From: Aquificaceae bacterium
GTDB lineage: Bacteria > Aquificota > Aquificia > Aquificales > Aquificaceae
Assembly: GCA_041640635.1 (NCBI GenBank)
Contig: JBEPZX010000017.1
Coordinates: 1-26,511 of the forward strand
DNA length: 26,511 nucleotides
Direction: 5' to 3'
Shown here: positions 21,547-26,511 of the stretch, piece after piece
Layout: every line of letters begins with the position of its first letter
Position numbering within the stretch: the stretch's first letter is position 1
The notes under the pieces: model-generated
Told to the model about the DNA's origin: nothing
Databases searched by the model: none
Seen by the model: only the letters and a program-made list of their open reading frames with translations
Position numbers and translations under genes: made by a program

Positions 21547-22720
21547 GGTTTATGTATAAGTAACCGTTTTCTAGCTTAGCTCCGGCAGGTTCATACTCTC
21601 TCAGCTTTCTGGGAAGCATTATGTGACTTTTGAAGTTTTTCCATCTTACCACTACTTCGCCATCGCTCTTTATTACAGACAATCCTTCTTTTGTTAAAAA
21701 AGGTGTGTGCAGCTTTATTTTGAAGTTGCCATCTTCCTGTATAAATTCGTAAGGTTTCTCTCTATAGAAGACTTTGGAAGGGTCTGAATCGCCATAAACT
21801 ACATCAGCAAGAATACTAAGCCTCTCTACCCCTACCACCTCATCCTCTAGCATGGGGACCTTAAATATAGGAACAGGGGCAAAGAGGGCTTCCATTTCTT
21901 CTAGATATTTCTTCTGTGTAACCAACCACTTGGACATGTGTTCACAACTTCCAACCTCTGGCGGTAAGACTTTATTTACTATTACAGCATCTGTGTTAAC
22001 TCCAAAGAGGTTAAAGTAAAGAAGAGCTCTCTGACTCTCCTTTAAAACCATCTTCTCTGGATTTGCAACAACCCTGACGGACGTAATATCTGGATTTATG
22101 AGTAGTTCATCAACACCTTTTAGTTTTTCGTAGAAGTTCTCTAAGGCTTGGAAATAAGAATCATCAGGTATGGGAATATCTGTAATTCTTCTTGCTACGG
22201 GTCTTGCTACTTTAAAGATAGTTCTCTCTACCTTGAAAATCTTCTTCATATACCACTTAAGCACCGTAGGCATAGAAACGAACCTCAGAGACTCACCCGT
22301 AGGTGGCAGATCCAAAACCAAAACATCGAACTCACCGTCTCTGTAGTACTTGTTAACGTAGAGAAGGCTAGTTACTTCTTCCATACCTGGCAAAATGGCA
22401 AGCTCTTCTGATACTACTTCATCTAGACCTGTTGTGTTAAAGAGCAACTCCAAAAATCTGTACACATCTCCCCAGTATCTATCTATCTCTTCCTGAACAT
22501 CTATTTCTTGAATGTAAAGCTTTTCATTTATCTTTATAGGGAGTCCTTTTGCTTTTACCTTTTCACTCTCTGGTATATCAAAGGAATCGCCTAAACTGTG
22601 GGCAGGGTCTAAAGAGACCACTATGGTTTTGTATCCTAGCTGAGAGAGCCGATAGGCTGTAGCGGCAGATATGGTAGTTTTACCTACACCACCTTTTCCG
22701 GAAAATAGTAGTATACGCAT
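21530..22720 (-). CDS. ArsA/Get3-family ATPase, single ATPase domain with probable C-terminal HSP20-like domain
   Basis: GKGGVGKTT, DPAHSL, LPGMEE, DLPPTG, VNKV; beta-rich C-terminal region of about 70 aa. Confidence 0.9.
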   Translation of the reverse strand: MRILLFSGKGGVGKTTISAATAYRLSQLGYKTIVVSLDPAHSLGDSFDIPESEKVKAKGLPIKINEKLYIQEIDVQEEIDRYWGDVYRFLELLFNTTGLDEVVSEELAILPGMEEVTSLLYVNKYYRDGEFDVLVLDLPPTGESLRFVSMPTVLKWYMKKIFKVERTIFKVARPVARRITDIPIPDDSYFQALENFYEKLKGVDELLINPDITSVRVVANPEKMVLKESQRALLYFNLFGVNTDAVIVNKVLPPEVGSCEHMSKWLVTQKKYLEEMEALFAPVPIFKVPMLEDEVVGVERLSILADVVYGDSDPSKVFYREKPYEFIQEDGNFKIKLHTPFLTKEGLSVIKSDGEVVVRWKNFKSHIMLPRKLREYEPAGAKLENGYLYINLTQEA

Positions 22721-22741
22721 AAAGTTAAAATATAAGTGTGA

Positions 22742-23359
22742 ATGGTTAAAATCAAGTTTTGTGGCTTAACGAGAGAAGAAGATGTTATAAAAGCTGTAAA
22801 TTTAGGTGTTGATTATTTAGGCTTTATTTCGTATCCTAAAAGTCCAAGGTATGTGGGTTTTGAAAAACTCAGAGAGCTTTTGAGACTTTGCGAAAACACC
22901 AAAAAGGTAGCTGTTTTTGTAAACCCAAGTTACGAAGACGCAAAAAAAGCTTTAGATATTGGCATAGATTATTTACAGCTCCATGGTGATGAAGATTTTG
23001 ATTTTGCACAGAGGGTTGGTTTAGACAGGGTTATAAAAGCCTTTAGAGTAAGAGAAAGTTTAAGTGTAGAGGATGTATGGAAAAAAGCGTATGCCATTTT
23101 GCTGGATGCTTACTCCAAGGAAGCTTACGGAGGAACTGGGAAAACATTTGATTGGCAAGTAGCAAAGGAAATGGTAAATATGGGTTTTAGGGTTTTCCTT
23201 TCTGGTGGTTTGAACTCCTCAAACGTAGCACTTGCCATTAGGCTGGTAAGACCTTACGCTGTGGATGTTTCTTCTGGTATAGAAGTTTCGCCAGGTGTAA
23301 AAGACCACGAAAAAATGGAGGAGTTTGCACATGCAGCCAAGAACGCACTTAAAGATTGA
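22742..23359 (+). CDS. trpF: Phosphoribosylanthranilate isomerase
   Basis: KFCGL, SPRYV, QLHGDE, GGTGKTFDW, LSGGL, DVSSGIE. Confidence 0.97.
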   Translation: MVKIKFCGLTREEDVIKAVNLGVDYLGFISYPKSPRYVGFEKLRELLRLCENTKKVAVFVNPSYEDAKKALDIGIDYLQLHGDEDFDFAQRVGLDRVIKAFRVRESLSVEDVWKKAYAILLDAYSKEAYGGTGKTFDWQVAKEMVNMGFRVFLSGGLNSSNVALAIRLVRPYAVDVSSGIEVSPGVKDHEKMEEFAHAAKNALKD

Positions 23360-23717
23360 CCCTACATTAAGCGGTAAAATCGTAGAACTTTCTCCTAACA
23401 AAGCTGTGGTAATGTTGGAAACAACAAGCCAAATGATAGCGGATGACAAGGGGTTGATACATGGTGGTTTCATATTCAGTTTGGCTGATTACTGTGCGAT
23501 GCTTGCCGTAAATGAGCCTACAGTTGTTTTGGCTAGCGCTAAAGTAGATTTCAAAAAACCTGTTAAGCTCGGGCAAACCCTCTACGCTTACGGTGAGGTA
23601 ACGAAAAGAGAAGGTAAAAAGGCTTTTGTAAAGGTGGTAGTTGTAAGAGATAAAGATGAAGTCTTTGAAGGTGAATTTTTATGCGTCATTCCAGAAAAGC
23701 ATGTATTAGAAAAATGA
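23331..23717 (+). CDS. PaaI-like hotdog-fold thioesterase
   Basis: GLIHGGFIFSLADY, VDFKKPV; SD GGAGGA 8 nt before ATG 23331; overlaps the trpF end. Confidence 0.85.
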   Translation: MQPRTHLKIDPTLSGKIVELSPNKAVVMLETTSQMIADDKGLIHGGFIFSLADYCAMLAVNEPTVVLASAKVDFKKPVKLGQTLYAYGEVTKREGKKAFVKVVVVRDKDEVFEGEFLCVIPEKHVLEK

Positions 23718-23735
23718 GTTAAATTTATATAAGGG

Positions 23736-24047
23736 ATGGAACTTCAAATACTACTAATACTTGCTGTTGCTTTTTTGGTACTAGGACCGGAAAAATCCAT
23801 AGAACTTGCATCAAAGTTAGGTGAGCTCTTGCGAAAATTGAGAGAAGCATGGGAAGAACTAAGATACCAAATGTACATAGAAAACCTAAACAAAAAAATA
23901 ATGGAAGAAACAAAGGACACTGAAAGTAAGGATGAATTTTTAGAAAGCTTACAGGAGGAACAACAAGGAAATGAGCACGCAGAACCAGCAACTTCCGACG
24001 ATGTCGTTGGTGGACCATCTGAAGGAACTAAGAAGCAGACTGATTAA
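23736..24047 (+). CDS. tatB: Twin-arginine translocase TatA/TatB-family subunit (TatB-like)
   Basis: N-terminal TM ending LGPEK, amphipathic helix, acidic tail; directly upstream of tatC. Confidence 0.78.
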   Translation: MELQILLILAVAFLVLGPEKSIELASKLGELLRKLREAWEELRYQMYIENLNKKIMEETKDTESKDEFLESLQEEQQGNEHAEPATSDDVVGGPSEGTKKQTD

Positions 24048-24735
24048 GTCTATACTAGCTTTTTTTGTTGGAACAGCCTTAGCTTTTTACTGGGCTAGTT
24101 ACATATTTGAGATTCTGAAGGAACCTGTTAAAAAATCCTACCCTAATGTGAGTTTAGTAACCCTCTCTCCCACAGAACCTCTGTTTATACTCTTTAAGAT
24201 CTCCATTGTCTTCGGTTTTATATTGGCTTCTCCTGTTATTTTTTATCAAGTTTGGCGTTTTGTAGAACCAGCGCTGTATCCACAAGAAAAAAAGTTAATT
24301 ATTCCAGTAACCTTTTTTTCCATAATACTTTTTATATTAGGTTTGACTTTTGCCTACTTTGTCGTTCTTCCTTTGGCTCTTAAGTTTCTTATAGGTATAG
24401 GTTTTTCTCAGCTACAAGCTACACCTTTTTTGTCCGTTGATCTTTATATCTCTTTTTTGTTAAAAATGGTACTAGGTTTTGGTATAGCTTTTGAGTTACC
24501 TATAATGCTGTTTTTGCTAAACAGAGCTGGTATAGTCACAGACGAACAACTAAAAAGCTTTAGAAAGTATTTTATAGTTATAGCCTTCGTGGTGGGAGCA
24601 TTTATAGCGCCTGACGTAACTACACAGATCTTGATGGCCATACCCCTTATACTGCTTTATGAGATATCTGTAGTTCTCGCCAAGCTTGGAAAGAAAAGAA
24701 GTAAGGAAAAATCCATTGAGGTTGTTGAAAAATGA
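23971..24735 (+). CDS. tatC: Twin-arginine translocase subunit TatC
   Basis: HLKELRSRL, SPTEP, YQVWRFVEPALY, FELP, APD. The start is either 23971 or 24001. Confidence 0.96.
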   Translation: MSTQNQQLPTMSLVDHLKELRSRLIKSILAFFVGTALAFYWASYIFEILKEPVKKSYPNVSLVTLSPTEPLFILFKISIVFGFILASPVIFYQVWRFVEPALYPQEKKLIIPVTFFSIILFILGLTFAYFVVLPLALKFLIGIGFSQLQATPFLSVDLYISFLLKMVLGFGIAFELPIMLFLLNRAGIVTDEQLKSFRKYFIVIAFVVGAFIAPDVTTQILMAIPLILLYEISVVLAKLGKKRSKEKSIEVVEK

Positions 24736-25673
24736 AAGTAGCAATTACTGGAGCAACGGGCTTTGTAGGTAGATACGTAGTCAAAGAGCTTTTAAGCAAT
24801 GGGTACGAGGTTACATGCCTTGTAAGAAATAAAGGCAAGTTAAGTAAGATCTTCAAAGACAGCGTAGAAGGTATGGAAGTGAACTTTGAAGACAAAAATT
24901 CTCTGAGACAAGCTCTTGAGAAAGCAAATCCAGATTATCTGATACATCTAATAGGAATACTGGTAGAAAACAGAAAAAAAGGGGAAACTTTCTTAAAGGT
25001 GCACTACCTTTATTCAAAAAATATCTACGAGGTATCCAAAGACTTAAACATAAAAAAGGTTGTGCATATGAGCTCCCTGGGAACTCACAAAGAAGCTCCC
25101 TCTATGTATCACAGAACCAAGTATATGGCTGAGCAGGAACTCATAAAGAGTGGTTTAAACTACACCATTTTTAGACCATCGCTTATACTGGGTCCTCAGC
25201 AAAAACTTTTTTACGATATGTGGGATATTACCAAGTATGTGAGGATTGTAGCATTGCCAGGTGGTGGAGATTACCTGTTTCAACCCGTAGATGTTAGAGA
25301 TGTAGCCTGTGCCTTTGTTAAAGCCTTGAGCGACAGAGAAACCGACAAATCGATTTTGGAGTTATGCGGTCCAGATAGAGTAAGCTTTAAAAGGTTGCTA
25401 AAGGATATTTTCAACTATTGGGACAGAAAGGTTATCCTCTTACCTGTTCCTAAGTCCTTTATGTATTTAGGCGGCTTAGTTGTAGAAAGATTAATCCAAC
25501 CACCACCTTTTAGCTCAGACCAAATGTTAATGATGTGGAAAGATAACATATGCGGCTTGGATGCTGAAGCTATTTCCGATGGAGTAAAGAAAGTTTGCCA
25601 AAAGGAGCCTATACCTTACCAAGAAGCCCTCAAGTGGTCTTTAGATGAATTTACAAATAACGTGAAAGGATAA
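24732..25673 (+). CDS. NAD(P)-binding atypical SDR, complex I NDUFA9-like family
   Basis: TGATGFVG, HMSSLG, YHRTK, FRPSLILG, FQPVDVRDVA. Confidence 0.87.
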   Translation: MKVAITGATGFVGRYVVKELLSNGYEVTCLVRNKGKLSKIFKDSVEGMEVNFEDKNSLRQALEKANPDYLIHLIGILVENRKKGETFLKVHYLYSKNIYEVSKDLNIKKVVHMSSLGTHKEAPSMYHRTKYMAEQELIKSGLNYTIFRPSLILGPQQKLFYDMWDITKYVRIVALPGGGDYLFQPVDVRDVACAFVKALSDRETDKSILELCGPDRVSFKRLLKDIFNYWDRKVILLPVPKSFMYLGGLVVERLIQPPPFSSDQMLMMWKDNICGLDAEAISDGVKKVCQKEPIPYQEALKWSLDEFTNNVKG

Positions 25674-26223
25674 AACAAACAAAAGAAACCGCTAAAGGTA
25701 TAGAAAAGTTATCATCAACCTTTTTAGAAATGATTTCTGTGAAAGCCCCTACCAAGGCAAAAAGTATGGCTTTATAAAAGCCATAGAAAGGAAGCAGTGT
25801 TAAGAAAGTAGGCACAACAAACCCAAGTGAACCTTCTAAGGATCTGTTGATAAACTTCCTTTTTCCATACCTTATGCCTATCAGTGTGCTAAAAGCATCT
25901 CCAACAGCTAAAGCGACTATACCAGGTATGGCACATTTGCCAAAAAGCAAGAAGCTAAGAAAAACTCCCAAGTTTGCCCAGATGGCTTGGATTCCTGGTT
26001 TTTGCAGGTTTTTCCGTCTTTCCAGTATATAAACAAATTGATAAAAAAATTTAAGTTTTTTTTCAAATAATCTCAAAACAATTAGCAAATTCAGTATTAA
26101 AACCAAAATCATTATTCCCAAAGCTACAGACCTTGGAAATACAAGAACAACAAAACACCAAATCAAAATAGACATAAGATGAAAGGTTTGTCTTTTTACT
26201 TCCAGTTTATAATTGTTTTCCAT
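25651..26223 (-). CDS. Dolichol/phytol kinase-like CTP-dependent membrane kinase
   Basis: Polytopic membrane protein with RQTFH, GDAFSTLIG, RSLEGS, DDNF motifs. The start is probably ATG 26223 because ATG 26238 overlaps the TATAAT box. Confidence 0.8.
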   Translation of the reverse strand: MENNYKLEVKRQTFHLMSILIWCFVVLVFPRSVALGIMILVLILNLLIVLRLFEKKLKFFYQFVYILERRKNLQKPGIQAIWANLGVFLSFLLFGKCAIPGIVALAVGDAFSTLIGIRYGKRKFINRSLEGSLGFVVPTFLTLLPFYGFYKAILFALVGAFTEIISKKVDDNFSIPLAVSFVCFILSRYL

Positions 26224-26224
26224 T

Positions 26225-26511
26225 GTGTACACATACATTATAGCCTTTGGCGATATTGAAAGAAGGCTTTTATTTTCTGTCTCTTACCGTATAAAACAGA
26301 TTTTTGGTTACGACACTCGCATATCTTTTGTAAGCTTTCCAGTAAAGGAAGCTTTCAGTCCAACGAGGAACCAATACGACGCAGGTTTAGTACTGGACAA
26401 GGTCAGCAAACTTGATTATCCTTACCTAAAAAAACTTTTGGCACTGGTTTCCTTTGATATATATGTAGAAGGCTTAAACTTTGTTTTTGGTCTTGCACAA
26501 TTAGGCGGAAA
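26225..26511 (+). CDS. Archaemetzincin-family (M54) Zn metalloprotease, N-terminal part (runs off window; not in ORF track)
   Basis: GTG 26225 opens MYTYIIAFGDIERRLL...AFSPTRNQYDAGLVLDKV...LALVSFDIYVEGLNFVFGLAQLGG with no stop. RxQY and DxY...NFVFGxA are archaemetzincin motifs; the HEXXH motif would lie beyond the window. Confidence 0.85.
   Translation, partial: MYTYIIAFGDIERRLLFSVSYRIKQIFGYDTRISFVSFPVKEAFSPTRNQYDAGLVLDKVSKLDYPYLKKLLALVSFDIYVEGLNFVFGLAQLGG

Noticed and set aside
21530..22720. Arsenic resistance locus
   Set aside because: No arsR, arsB/acr3, arsC or arsD is nearby, and the metalloid-binding cysteines are absent.

Overview
Gene-dense, AT-rich chromosomal window of mostly housekeeping genes. 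It most likely comes from a member of the Aquificaceae (Hydrogenobacter/Thermocrinis-like); this is inferred from the scrambled operon structure and from a cytochrome c552 remnant that resembles my recollection of the H. thermophilus protein. In order it contains: the 3' part of an EAL-domain gene, a DUF411-type protein, rpmB-aroC-mlaE-ispA-rseP (minus), yajC plus an acyl-CoA ligase/ACP/acyltransferase fusion, hemB-tldD and thiC (minus), an S2-leader RNA with rpsB-tsf-pyrH-frr-Xaa-Pro peptidase, long HPF, mqnA, an orphan FliK-like protein with a 216-bp tandem duplication, a triple-frameshifted cytochrome c552 pseudogene, PGM/PMM, an ArsA/Get3-like ATPase, trpF-thioesterase-tatB-tatC-SDR, a dolichol/phytol-kinase-like gene, and the start of an archaemetzincin gene that the ORF track misses. 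I found no tRNA, rRNA, CRISPR array or mobile element, and no clear new multi-gene system. The most notable items are the c552 pseudogene with its CXXCH motif hidden in another frame, the duplicated FliK-like ruler, and a recurring apparently leaderless gene architecture that lets divergent start codons sit 1-21 bp apart.
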